A stretch of DNA of 64,000 bases from a virus: positions 1 through 64,000 of the IMG/VR virus record IMGVR_UViG_3300026487_000004. The stretch is one strand, 5' to 3'. The notes beneath the pieces were generated by a model. That model did no database searches. It was given only the letters and a program-made list of their open reading frames with translations, and was not told where the DNA came from. The position numbers and the translations under genes were made by a program. Positions 1-8,426 of this stretch are shown here, in pieces; the stretch's first letter is position 1, and each line of letters starts with the position of its first letter.

Positions 1-2
1 CA

Positions 3-398
3 GAGCAAGCTATTCAAGCTGTTAAAGACGGATGGGTAAGCCCTATAGAAGCCTCTGTAATGATTAAAAAAACAGAAGAGGTACTTGGTTTCATGAAAGA
101 TGAGATAAAGCCTCTAGCGCTATCAGAAATGACCGAAAAAAGCAGATCAGAATATGGCGTTGATATAACTAAGTCAATGCTAGGGGTCAAGTACGATTTT
201 GGCGTTTGTAATGACTCACAATGGAACGAATTAAATGAACAGATAGTTGCTTTAGATAAGCTAAAGAAAGAGCGTGAGAAGTTCTTAAAAACGCTTACAA
301 AGAAAACTACAATAGTTAACGAGGACACTAGCGAAATCGAAGAACTATATCCTCCGGTAAAAACAGGAACAGAAGGTTTGACCCTAAAGGTAAAATAA
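3..398 (+). CDS. hypothetical protein (5' end probably outside window)
   Basis: Frame of track ORF 60..398 stays open back to nt 3. TAA 396-398 is followed 1 nt later by the next ATG. Confidence 0.55.
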   Translation, partial: EQAIQAVKDGWVSPIEASVMIKKTEEVLGFMKDEIKPLALSEMTEKSRSEYGVDITKSMLGVKYDFGVCNDSQWNELNEQIVALDKLKKEREKFLKTLTKKTTIVNEDTSEIEELYPPVKTGTEGLTLKVK

Positions 399-399
399 G

Positions 400-783
400 A
401 TGAATTTATACAGAATAACAGTAGCACATTATAGTCCTAAAGACAGTCATAAATCAATTCAAGATTATTTATTGGCTGATAATGAAGAACATGTTTATGA
501 TTATATAAATCACAATCATAATTATGGAATGTGGGATGATTATAATGAGGAAGAAGAAGAGTCTGAAATTTATGATGAACATGACAAAGTCATAGGCACA
601 GAAACATATAAAGAAAAAATGCTTCGTGTAAAGGGGGATATGAACGACCCTGACGATTCATTGGAAGATTTATATTACGGGCAAACTAGATATGGATGGG
701 AGCTTGTAAAAGAAGGTATAATTGATTACCAAGAAATGATTGAATTAGGAGTATTCAAAACAATGGATTCTAAAAGTGATTAG
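400..783 (+). CDS. hypothetical acidic protein
   Basis: 127-aa ORF, D/E-rich (EEEEESEIYDEHD), packed against neighbours. Confidence 0.55.
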   Translation: MNLYRITVAHYSPKDSHKSIQDYLLADNEEHVYDYINHNHNYGMWDDYNEEEEESEIYDEHDKVIGTETYKEKMLRVKGDMNDPDDSLEDLYYGQTRYGWELVKEGIIDYQEMIELGVFKTMDSKSD

Positions 784-785
784 CT

Positions 786-932
786 ATGAAAACAGTACAG
801 AATTTAAAAGAAGAATATGCCAAGTCTTTAGGAGAAGAAAGTTGGTATGAGTTTAAACAGAACTATCACCCAGGAGAAGTTGAACTTGCTTTGGATAGTA
901 TAATAGAGAACCTTTTAACAAAAGTATCATGA
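786..932 (+). CDS. small hypothetical protein (48 aa)
   Basis: ATG 786 to in-frame TGA 930-932, translated by hand (MKTVQNLKEEYAKSLGEESWYEF...). ATGA overlap with the next gene fills an otherwise empty gap. Confidence 0.4.
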   Translation: MKTVQNLKEEYAKSLGEESWYEFKQNYHPGEVELALDSIIENLLTKVS

Positions 933-1195
933 ACAGAGACGATCTAACCAACGCATTAAGCAATGCACAGTCAATACAGATAAGTGTATCAGAGTATATA
1001 TGGTTTCAAGAGCTTAAGAAACAACAAAAGCCTTTAAGCTTTGATGAACATGAAGGAGATCCTTTCTTTCATGGATGTAAGGATACTATTATAAAGTATA
1101 GGGAAATCATAAACATATTAAAAGATATTCCACTTGATTATAACACACTAAAGTCAATGTCTGACAAAGAGTTTTTCAAGGCACTAAACGTTTAA
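929..1195 (+). CDS. hypothetical protein
   Basis: 88-aa track ORF, start coupled (ATGA) to the upstream small ORF. Confidence 0.55.
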   Translation: MNRDDLTNALSNAQSIQISVSEYIWFQELKKQQKPLSFDEHEGDPFFHGCKDTIIKYREIINILKDIPLDYNTLKSMSDKEFFKALNV

Positions 1196-1207
1196 ACAAC
1201 AAGGCTT

Positions 1208-1384
1208 ATGGAAGCCAATCAAAAACAAGAGCTTATCACTGAAATAAAAGTGGCACAAGCTGAGTTAAATCTATTAATATACATTAACAAACATTATAAA
1301 CTTTCCGAGTTGCTAGAGGATATAGACGCTAAGAATAAAGAGTTAGAGCGACTACGGGAGGCTTATTTCTTAAGCTTAGACTAA
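1208..1384 (+). CDS. small hypothetical coiled-coil protein (58 aa)
   Basis: ATG 1208 to TAA 1382-1384, translated by hand (MEANQKQELITEIKVAQAELNLL...). Fills the gap; next ATG is at 1386. Confidence 0.4.
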   Translation: MEANQKQELITEIKVAQAELNLLIYINKHYKLSELLEDIDAKNKELERLREAYFLSLD

Positions 1385-1385
1385 A

Positions 1386-1625
1386 ATGAAAACATTTATA
1401 CCAACACCGGCATCAGTAGCTATAGTCTGCATATTGATACCTATAATCATTTGGGCTTATCACAGATATAAATATTCAAACAGTAGCTTTCAGAAATTTG
1501 AATACTACCTATTAGGGGAAGGATTTATTGAGTGGTTATGCCTTATAGTTGATTTTCTACTTAAAATAGCCGCCATAATTACAGTTATATGGGTATTAGC
1601 ATTATTTATCACTAAAGTATTTTAA
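1386..1625 (+). CDS. small membrane protein (2 predicted TM segments)
   Basis: 79-aa ORF with hydrophobic stretches VAIVCILIPIIIWAY and IAAIITVIWVLALFI. Confidence 0.55.
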   Translation: MKTFIPTPASVAIVCILIPIIIWAYHRYKYSNSSFQKFEYYLLGEGFIEWLCLIVDFLLKIAAIITVIWVLALFITKVF

Positions 1626-1626
1626 T

Positions 1627-1941
1627 ATGAAAGTAGCAACAAGACCAAGTGAACTTACGCCAAATCAAATATTCAGAGCAGTAAGCATTATAACAAGGAT
1701 TGAAATAAAAGATTTAAAGACTCCAAATGGTAAAAGAGATAAAAGGGATGCAAGAAAGATTTGCTCCACTCTTATATACGATAAAGGTGGTTATTCGTTA
1801 ACCAAAACTGCTAATATGTTATCGTTAAGCAATCATACTACAATAATGCATGCAAAAAAATCATATGCTGATTTATTAGATAGCGATAAAGGTTTTAGAG
1901 ACAAAGTAAATAAGGTAAAACTATTATTAGGAATATCATGA
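1627..1941 (+). CDS. DnaA C-terminal (domain IV)-like helix-turn-helix protein
   Basis: KRDARKICSTLIYDKGGYSLTKTANMLSLSNHTTIMHAKKSYADLL matches the DnaA domain IV pattern R-x-ARQIAMYL...S...IG..F...DHTTVLHA..KI. Confidence 0.5.
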   Translation: MKVATRPSELTPNQIFRAVSIITRIEIKDLKTPNGKRDKRDARKICSTLIYDKGGYSLTKTANMLSLSNHTTIMHAKKSYADLLDSDKGFRDKVNKVKLLLGIS

Positions 1942-2204
1942 ATAGCAACTTAGAAAATTTAAAAATCCTATACCCTAAGCTCGCCTGGATTGATGGAAAG
2001 CTTTATAAATCAATAAACCACCCATCACCTTTATACACAGAGGAAGAAAGTTTAGAGTTCCTACTGTTGCACTATACAGGGTTTTCAATAACAGAACAAG
2101 GGTTCATGAATAATCCTGAAAATGATGTTACTCGTGAAGCCGGAGCTATGGAGTATATTCTTGCGAATTTCAAAGACCTAGAAGAAGCATTTAACTGCGC
2201 CTGA
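1938..2204 (+). CDS. hypothetical protein
   Basis: 88-aa ORF, 4-nt overlap with the upstream gene. Confidence 0.55.
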   Translation: MNSNLENLKILYPKLAWIDGKLYKSINHPSPLYTEEESLEFLLLHYTGFSITEQGFMNNPENDVTREAGAMEYILANFKDLEEAFNCA

Positions 2205-2205
2205 T

Positions 2206-2574
2206 ATGATGAAATTAAACAACAAAGTTTGGGAAGCATTACATTATGGGGAAAAGCTTCCAAGAAAGATTAAAAAGGCTTTTATAGGGACTAAAATGTC
2301 GTCATGCCAGCTAAAACGACAATTAAAGCTCGTAAGAGTTGAAGAGACTTTTCCAACAATGTATGACAGGCCGACTATTTATCCTCATTCATTTTGTCCT
2401 TATTGCGGCGAAACAGGAACTGTTGGTACAGGCAATAGAACATCTTATCCTGAACATTGGGAAGAGTTTAAATGCATTAGATGCCGTAAAACGGTTGGTT
2501 ACATTGACAACAGCCCCTATCATCATATTTTGGAATGTGTAGAAGATGGAATAGTAAACGATAAATATTGGTAA
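2206..2574 (+). CDS. zinc-ribbon protein
   Basis: Two CxxC pairs (CPYC ... CIRC) in a 122-aa ORF. Confidence 0.55.
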   Translation: MMKLNNKVWEALHYGEKLPRKIKKAFIGTKMSSCQLKRQLKLVRVEETFPTMYDRPTIYPHSFCPYCGETGTVGTGNRTSYPEHWEEFKCIRCRKTVGYIDNSPYHHILECVEDGIVNDKYW

Positions 2575-2576
2575 AT

Positions 2577-3179
2577 ATGTTTAACAGACGATTTAAAAAG
2601 CCTGATGGCACAGAAGATAAAAGAAAGATTAAGTCAAGCAAAGTAGAGCAAGACGGAATCATATTCGATAGTAAACTTGAAAACTACTTTTACAACCTTC
2701 TTAAAGAAAACAATATTCCATTCATTCTAAAACAATCATTTGAACTTGTACCTGCTTTTACCTATAGGCATGAGAATATAAGACCAATGATAGTTACACC
2801 AGACTACATCCTCCCTGATCATAATTTAATTGTTGATACTAAGGGATTTGGAAATGAAACGGTGCCTTTAAGGTATAAAATGCTTAAATACATGCTTCAT
2901 ACTCAAGGTACAGAATACCAAATAGAGATGCCTTCATCACAGAAGCGCTGTAGGGCGATTATAGAGCGGATACAAACAGGATGGGTGTTAGAAGAACCAT
3001 TAACTGAAAGTGCCGCTACAAGGCGTAAAAACAAGCTTAAAAAAGCAGGATGGACATGGCTTAATGGAAATTGGGAAATGAGAGATGGATTAGGGTTTTT
3101 AAATGCTACATATCCTGCCTCATACTTAATGGGATTACAAAATTATGATTTTGAAGAATTATTAATTAAATATCAATAA
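2577..3179 (+). CDS. PD-(D/E)XK-type nuclease, possible Holliday-junction resolvase (DUF1064 / endonuclease-I-like pattern)
   Basis: FDSKLENYFYNLL...VTPDYIL...LIVDTKG gives a D...D-x-K core. The track start at 2568 is TTG; the first ATG is 2577. Confidence 0.45.
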   Translation: MFNRRFKKPDGTEDKRKIKSSKVEQDGIIFDSKLENYFYNLLKENNIPFILKQSFELVPAFTYRHENIRPMIVTPDYILPDHNLIVDTKGFGNETVPLRYKMLKYMLHTQGTEYQIEMPSSQKRCRAIIERIQTGWVLEEPLTESAATRRKNKLKKAGWTWLNGNWEMRDGLGFLNATYPASYLMGLQNYDFEELLIKYQ

Positions 3180-3180
3180 A

Positions 3181-3384
3181 ATGAGACAAGAAAAAAATAA
3201 CAGCAGTTCATCTAGCGGTATTAGTACAGTTGGCTTATTGGGAGTAGTCTTTATAGTGTTAAAGCTATGCAAGGTAATTAATTGGTCTTGGTGGTGGGTA
3301 ACAGCCCCTTTTTGGGGAGGACTAGCTATCGGCATATTGATACTATTAATTTATTTGCTATTCCTTTTTATATCTAAAAAATAA
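3181..3384 (+). CDS. small membrane protein
   Basis: 67 aa, two hydrophobic helices (VGLLGVVFIVL; LAIGILILLIYLLFLFI). Confidence 0.55.
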   Translation: MRQEKNNSSSSSGISTVGLLGVVFIVLKLCKVINWSWWWVTAPFWGGLAIGILILLIYLLFLFISKK

Positions 3385-3428
3385 GGTGTCAACTACCTAT
3401 TAGTTGAGTCAGAGCGTTTAGATTAGGG

Positions 3429-3466
3429 CATGAGGTGTATTGCTGGATAGCTGCCTCATGTTTTTT
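3429..3466 (+). terminator. rho-independent terminator (+)
   Basis: CATGAGG (3429-3435) pairs with CCTCATG (3454-3460), followed by TTTTTT (3461-3466). Confidence 0.55.
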
Positions 3467-3477
3467 AAATTGAAATT

Positions 3478-3819
3478 ATGACAAAAGAACCGGAGATTAA
3501 ACTAGGAGCATACGGAATATTTAAAGCGCTAAAAGACTATTATTCCAAATGTTCTGCTGATGAGGAAATAGGAATGAAAGCCATGCTTAAATACCATTGG
3601 TATCTTATAAGGAAAAACCCTCAAATAAACATTGAAATAGAGAACGAAGATTTAAGAAGAGAGAATGCAAAGCTTATACATCATTCAGAACAACAACAGA
3701 TAGCTAACAGGATATTACAAGAGAAGTATAACGATGAGATTGATTATGTAAAGAAGCTTGAATTGAAAGTTGATGACTTGACAGAGGATTTAAAAGTTTT
3801 AAATAGATTGAAAACATGA
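3478..3819 (+). CDS. hypothetical coiled-coil protein
   Basis: 113-aa ORF after the terminator, heptad-like charged C-terminal half. Confidence 0.55.
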   Translation: MTKEPEIKLGAYGIFKALKDYYSKCSADEEIGMKAMLKYHWYLIRKNPQINIEIENEDLRRENAKLIHHSEQQQIANRILQEKYNDEIDYVKKLELKVDDLTEDLKVLNRLKT

Positions 3820-4049
3820 AATTAATTGAACCCAAAATAAAAGAATACGCTACTAAAAGAGGCTATGAGTCATTCACTAAGTTGATTGATAGAAGCCTGT
3901 TTAATCCTGAATATCATGTTGAACTTTTGATCATAGATTGTCTAGTGGATTATAAAGAAGCCTTAGAAGCGATTAAAACAATAGCCTTAAGCAGAAAGAA
4001 AGGTAGTATAACTGAAATATTGAGGATTATTAATGAATTAGAGAAATGA
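3816..4049 (+). CDS. hypothetical protein
   Basis: 77-aa ORF, ATGA coupling. Confidence 0.55.
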   Translation: MKLIEPKIKEYATKRGYESFTKLIDRSLFNPEYHVELLIIDCLVDYKEALEAIKTIALSRKKGSITEILRIINELEK

Positions 4050-4273
4050 TACCAAGTAAATCTTATCACGATGTAACAGTTATTGTAGACGATGTAGAAT
4101 ACAATCTGTTTAACAGCTCATACGGCCTTATTTTAACTTGTAATAGAGTCTCAGGATGGCAACTGTGGTTTAATATTAGAACACCAGAAGAAAGGCTTAT
4201 AGGAGGCGAATACAACAATAATAAATTTAAAATTAAGTTTGGTGATAACATAGTATTTGACAATTCGATATGA
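4046..4273 (+). CDS. hypothetical protein
   Basis: 75-aa ORF, ATGA coupling on both sides. Confidence 0.5.
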   Translation: MIPSKSYHDVTVIVDDVEYNLFNSSYGLILTCNRVSGWQLWFNIRTPEERLIGGEYNNNKFKIKFGDNIVFDNSI

Positions 4274-4593
4274 TAACAAAAGAAGATTTTAAATGGAATG
4301 GAATTGAAATAGATGGGAAAGCATTTTCCTATTCACTAGCCACAATATACGAAATGCAGATGTGGCAGGATATTGCCAAACATGCTAGAGAAAATCCTTC
4401 ATTAGTTAAACTAAGGCAAGGAGATAAGGTAGTTGGTAAAGCTATTATGATTTCAACCTTAGACGAACCTAATGGAAACATTAACTTTAAAAGTATTTGG
4501 GAGAATAGCGACAAACCTAGTGGTTTATACCGATTTTTTATACCTGCATATTTTAATCCTAACGAAGATGAAAGAAAAGAAAGTGAGATGTAA
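4270..4593 (+). CDS. hypothetical protein resembling a fragment of a large-terminase ATPase domain
   Basis: GKAIMISTLDEPNG..FKSIWENSDKPSGLYRFFIPA aligns by eye with TerL of this window (MGMIIMTSTVEDIG..LTIWNQSDP...NGLWRCFRNA). Confidence 0.4.
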   Translation: MITKEDFKWNGIEIDGKAFSYSLATIYEMQMWQDIAKHARENPSLVKLRQGDKVVGKAIMISTLDEPNGNINFKSIWENSDKPSGLYRFFIPAYFNPNEDERKESEM

Positions 4594-5005
4594 GTACTGT
4601 CAAGCTGTAAACTCTCATTACTCCTTTCAGTGCCATACACAACGTAAACCAATGAAAGTTGGTGAAGTCACTAAAATGACTTGGGAGCAATATCAAGAGA
4701 AGAAAAATAAAGCTGTAGGAGAGGTTAAGAAGAAAAAGATACCCAATATATCAGAAAAACAAAAAGAACGTCTTAAAAGGTATAGAATACTTCGGGATGC
4801 CTATATGAATGAACACAAACAATGTGAGGCGAGAATAGAAGGATGTACTATTAGTTCCCAAAGCCTCCACCACTTAAAAGGCAGGGATGGCGACAATCTT
4901 TTTAATCACTTTATGGCAACTTGTAACCATTGTCATGAGAAGATTGAGCGTATGGGTGCAGAAGTATACGAACTAGGATTTAAACTTAAAAGAACAGAGA
5001 AATGA
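4568..5005 (+). CDS. HNH endonuclease
   Basis: N-terminal CxxC...C Zn knuckle (CKYCQAVNSHYSFQC) and HNH core (SLHHLKGRDGDNLFNHFMATCNHCHEKIE). Start chosen at ATG 4568 (MKEKKVRCKYC); the track ORF starts at 4472. Confidence 0.7.
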   Translation: MKEKKVRCKYCQAVNSHYSFQCHTQRKPMKVGEVTKMTWEQYQEKKNKAVGEVKKKKIPNISEKQKERLKRYRILRDAYMNEHKQCEARIEGCTISSQSLHHLKGRDGDNLFNHFMATCNHCHEKIERMGAEVYELGFKLKRTEK

Positions 5006-5346
5006 AAAGTCAACTAAACGAAGGGTATTATTTCGGATTTGAATATAATAGGCATACATGGGAGACATGGATGAAAACTAGAAAGCATTTACTTGAACAC
5101 GTTGAAGAACATAAGAATGATAATATATATCGACAAACTACGAATTACCATGTCATTAGGCATTTAGAAAATAATGCGAACCCTTATGAGCTTATTAACT
5201 TACTATTTAACTTAAATATGAATTATGCTGATAAACTCAAAGAACTTATTTCTCTCTCTCCTCCACCTAATGTTATTTTAGCTAGAACACCGGAGGATTA
5301 TGATAAAATAGTCAAAGAACTTAAAGATGAAAAGAATCAAGGATAG
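5002..5346 (+). CDS. hypothetical protein
   Basis: 114-aa ORF, ATGA coupling to the HNH gene. Confidence 0.55.
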   Translation: MKSQLNEGYYFGFEYNRHTWETWMKTRKHLLEHVEEHKNDNIYRQTTNYHVIRHLENNANPYELINLLFNLNMNYADKLKELISLSPPPNVILARTPEDYDKIVKELKDEKNQG

Positions 5347-5350
5347 ACCA

Positions 5351-5500
5351 ATGACTGACACGCTGAAAGCTCAGTTAATCACCCAAGAGATAAGAATCAA
5401 CGAATGTGGTTCAGAGGCATATAAAGCTTATATAAACCATTCAATTGAAGGAACAATATTCAGTAATAGATTTAACATTAAACCACAACAAAGAATATGA
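5351..5500 (+). CDS. small hypothetical protein (49 aa)
   Basis: ATG 5351 to TGA 5498-5500 by hand translation. ATGA overlap with the next gene. Confidence 0.35.
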   Translation: MTDTLKAQLITQEIRINECGSEAYKAYINHSIEGTIFSNRFNIKPQQRI

Positions 5501-5895
5501 CAAAAACTAAAAGTAAATCAGAACAACTCTACCAACAGACTACACAAGCATTCGAACAGTTTATCCTTAACAGAGACTCTTTTCAAGGAAGATATGTATG
5601 CTCAGTCACAGATAAAACATATACCCTTGAAGAAGTAAAGGTAGGATATCTATACAACCCTTTAGAAAGCCCTAAGATTGCTTTTAACGAAGCTAATGCT
5701 TTTATTGAATACAAAGGTTCAGATACAGGCAATAACCGCTTATATAGCGCCAAATTAAACATAGCATTTAAACATGGAGAAAAGGCTTTATTATCTCTGA
5801 TGAAAGGGAATAAAAATAAATCATGGTTTAACGCTAGGGGTATTAAAACATTAAAAGAAATAAATGATAAATATGGCACATTACCAACCCCGTAA
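5497..5895 (+). CDS. hypothetical protein
   Basis: 132-aa ORF. The antisense ORF 5583..5900 is judged spurious. Confidence 0.55.
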   Translation: MTKTKSKSEQLYQQTTQAFEQFILNRDSFQGRYVCSVTDKTYTLEEVKVGYLYNPLESPKIAFNEANAFIEYKGSDTGNNRLYSAKLNIAFKHGEKALLSLMKGNKNKSWFNARGIKTLKEINDKYGTLPTP

Positions 5896-5961
5896 ATCAA
5901 CTACAATAGACATAAGGCATATTACTATATGGTTAATGTTAACACTAATAGCAATTAATAC

Positions 5962-6327
5962 ATGAATCAAAAATTATCAGAACAACAGGCAATAAAATTA
6001 ACTGCCTCTATTCAAACTATCATGGGTGCTGTTAACGTAGCACAACTTGAATACTATGAACTATTACCAGATTATCAAGCTAAATTGTCTCAAATAAAAC
6101 AACGTAGTAGAAGGCTTTTAGAAGACCTAGAATCAATTAAAAAGTTATGCTATACCATTGTCAACCCTCGCGAACAAGTTGAGCATATAGACTACGAAAT
6201 GGGGTATGAATTGCATAGGTTGTTTTCTTTCTTTTCTACAATGGAGTACAATCAGTTAAAAGATTTTAACAATCTTATTTATCAGCATCCGACAATAGAT
6301 ATTCACGAATTATCACAATCAATTTAA
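5962..6327 (+). CDS. hypothetical protein
   Basis: 121-aa ORF. Confidence 0.55.
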   Translation: MNQKLSEQQAIKLTASIQTIMGAVNVAQLEYYELLPDYQAKLSQIKQRSRRLLEDLESIKKLCYTIVNPREQVEHIDYEMGYELHRLFSFFSTMEYNQLKDFNNLIYQHPTIDIHELSQSI

Positions 6328-6330
6328 ATT

Positions 6331-6531
6331 ATGAGTGCTAGAAGAGTTAAATATATAAAAAATCCAATATGTAGTTACCTGGTCTTAAAAGAATCAGAGT
6401 TTGATTATAAGCTAGAGTGCATAGATTGGGTATGGAAAGATGATTTTATTGAATGTAATCAAGAAGATTTATCCAACCTTCCTACGGCAACACAATTACT
6501 TATTCAGTTACAAAAACAAGGAGATGTATGA
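6331..6531 (+). CDS. hypothetical protein
   Basis: 66-aa ORF, coupled to the next gene. Confidence 0.5.
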   Translation: MSARRVKYIKNPICSYLVLKESEFDYKLECIDWVWKDDFIECNQEDLSNLPTATQLLIQLQKQGDV

Positions 6532-6722
6532 AAACCATTAAACAACTAGAAAACGAAGTCTCCCAAAAGTATTACAAGAAAGACTTTAAGTATGTAATGG
6601 ATAACTTCTCTATCAATCAGATTGTAGGACTTATGGAAGAGGTAGCTAAGCTTTATGCTATAGAATGTATGAATGACTTAGGAAAAGAAATAACAGATGG
6701 TATAAACATTAACCTTAATTGA
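6528..6722 (+). CDS. hypothetical protein
   Basis: 64-aa ORF, ATGA coupling. Confidence 0.5.
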   Translation: MKTIKQLENEVSQKYYKKDFKYVMDNFSINQIVGLMEEVAKLYAIECMNDLGKEITDGININLN

Positions 6723-6724
6723 TT

Positions 6725-6907
6725 ATGGAAGAATTGAAGATTTACAAGTTTCAAGCAAAACTTATTGAGGATGCCTTAAGATTAGCAGCAAGAACTCTTG
6801 GAAGCAAAGAAAAAATATCATCTATGGATAGAGACATTATGCAAGCATGGAAGTATATTCAAAATTGTTTAAATGGAAAAATAGATGAAAGGGTTAGTAG
6901 GCTATGA
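6725..6907 (+). CDS. hypothetical protein
   Basis: The track ORF starts at TTG 6719; the first ATG is 6725 (MEELKIYKF...). Confidence 0.5.
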   Translation: MEELKIYKFQAKLIEDALRLAARTLGSKEKISSMDRDIMQAWKYIQNCLNGKIDERVSRL

Positions 6908-7119
6908 ACGGTATAAAGCAAGAATACATCGATAAAATAACAGATTATGATACCGCAGCAAGAAGCATTCATTTAAACCTACAAGAGTTCTGTGACGAAG
7001 ATATGCCATACCCTACAATGATAGCATTTGCCGCTAGGTGTGCTGCCACTAAGATAGAGTTCTTGAGAGATGAGAACCAACAATTAAAGAAACAGTTAAA
7101 CAGTGATTTACCATTTTGA
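6904..7119 (+). CDS. hypothetical protein
   Basis: 71-aa ORF, ATGA coupling. Confidence 0.5.
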   Translation: MNGIKQEYIDKITDYDTAARSIHLNLQEFCDEDMPYPTMIAFAARCAATKIEFLRDENQQLKKQLNSDLPF

Positions 7120-7121
7120 TT

Positions 7122-7271
7122 ATGAGACATAACATGATTATAGGCTCATCAGGCAATATAAAGCCTTCTAAGAAGCGTAATTGGTATAAGGTATTAACAT
7201 GGTCAGCAATAGCTTTAATTACCGTTACATTGGTGGTTATTTGGATTGCGGCTTTAAATAGGTTTCAATGA
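7122..7271 (+). CDS. small membrane protein (49 aa)
   Basis: Hand translation MRHNMIIGSSGNIKPSKKRNWYKVLTWSAIALITVTLVVIWIAALNRFQ. One TM segment. ATGA overlap with the next ORF. Confidence 0.4.
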   Translation: MRHNMIIGSSGNIKPSKKRNWYKVLTWSAIALITVTLVVIWIAALNRFQ

Positions 7272-7426
7272 CCAAAGCAGAACTTAAAGCCAAGAAAGAC
7301 AGAAATAACTTTTCGGTTCAGCTTCCTGATGGATTATTAGAAGAGTTGAATGCAATTACAAAAGATATTGGCAAGAGTAGAAATCAATTAATAGTGAAAC
7401 TTATAATTAAAGAATTAAGAAAATGA
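7268..7426 (+). CDS. ribbon-helix-helix (CopG/Arc-like) DNA-binding protein (52 aa)
   Basis: Hand translation MTKAELKAKKDRNNFSVQLPDGLLEELNAITKDIGKSRNQLIVKLIIKELRK. This fits a beta-strand then helix-helix layout typical of RHH. Confidence 0.5.
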   Translation: MTKAELKAKKDRNNFSVQLPDGLLEELNAITKDIGKSRNQLIVKLIIKELRK

Positions 7427-8400
7427 AAATAATAGGAATTAAAACCAATAACGGCTACTATATAACTGATGATTTAGAAAATAAAAGCTATAATACAAGC
7501 TACTTGTCGTCTTATCTAATAGATGGAGAAAAGCCAAGTCCAACATTTCACCAAAAATGGGTTAAAATAAGTAATGAGCCAACTAAAATACAAAAACTAG
7601 TTAGTCAACCTAATATAAATGAGAGATATGAGCTCATAGATAAATCTCTTTCCGATAAGTTTAAACCAGAATACAAAAAAACAGAAGTTGTACTTGGGGT
7701 TGATGATGATTATGACCCAATATATGCCGATGAATTTAGAAGCTTAGTGAGCTTGTACCAATACAAATCAGACCCTCAAGAACCTAAACTAGAAGACGTG
7801 CCATTTGAATATGAAACCATAACCGAGATTGATGAGATTTATGATAAGAAACCTTTTTCCTATAGAACAGTAGATAGTTGGGGCAAGCCAAAAATAAGAA
7901 TAACAGAAAACTCACCTAAGCATGAGATGATAGATCTAATTTTAACACCTAGCATACTAATTCATACCAGACCATGTAAACTTACAGCACAAGAAAGCTA
8001 TGACATTGTAAGAGCGCATATAAAAGACAACATAGACCCGAAACAAGCTGAGATAACTTCTGACTATGATTTCTGTTTAACTGTTAAAAAGCGCATCCCA
8101 TTAGCTAAACCCCACATATATCAAGTAGATGTAAACAATGTCACAATGGATAGAAAAAGAAAACCTAAATATGAAAATAGAACCCAATCTATTAGGACTT
8201 ATGAAGTATTTAAAACATCTCCTAAAGCTTACGACAAATATCCAGTTATAAAACCGTTTGAAGGGGATAATCATGATGACTTAAAGGAAAATATAGATTC
8301 ATATCTCAATCACTTAATGTCAGTAATTAATGAACCATTAAAAGAGTGTGAATGTTGTAATGGGGTTGGCGTAATTATTAACGACTTGAAGGTTCAATAA
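7423..8400 (+). CDS. hypothetical protein
   Basis: 325-aa ORF, last gene of the plus-strand left arm. C-terminal CECCNGVG. Confidence 0.6.
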   Translation: MKIIGIKTNNGYYITDDLENKSYNTSYLSSYLIDGEKPSPTFHQKWVKISNEPTKIQKLVSQPNINERYELIDKSLSDKFKPEYKKTEVVLGVDDDYDPIYADEFRSLVSLYQYKSDPQEPKLEDVPFEYETITEIDEIYDKKPFSYRTVDSWGKPKIRITENSPKHEMIDLILTPSILIHTRPCKLTAQESYDIVRAHIKDNIDPKQAEITSDYDFCLTVKKRIPLAKPHIYQVDVNNVTMDRKRKPKYENRTQSIRTYEVFKTSPKAYDKYPVIKPFEGDNHDDLKENIDSYLNHLMSVINEPLKECECCNGVGVIINDLKVQ

Positions 8401-8422
8401 AAAAGGGGAGTTAATTCTCCCC
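8399..8422 (-). terminator. rho-independent terminator for the minus-strand block (convergent junction)
   Basis: On the minus strand GGGGAG-AATTAA-CTCCCC followed by TTTTTT (complement of A-run 8399-8404). Overlaps the stop of the + gene. Confidence 0.6.
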
Positions 8423-8426
8423 AATC

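Noticed and set aside
14-427. 137-aa minus-strand ORF at the left edge.
   Set aside because: It is antisense to two tightly coupled plus-strand genes, low-complexity and S/F/L-rich, and has no neighbours on that strand.
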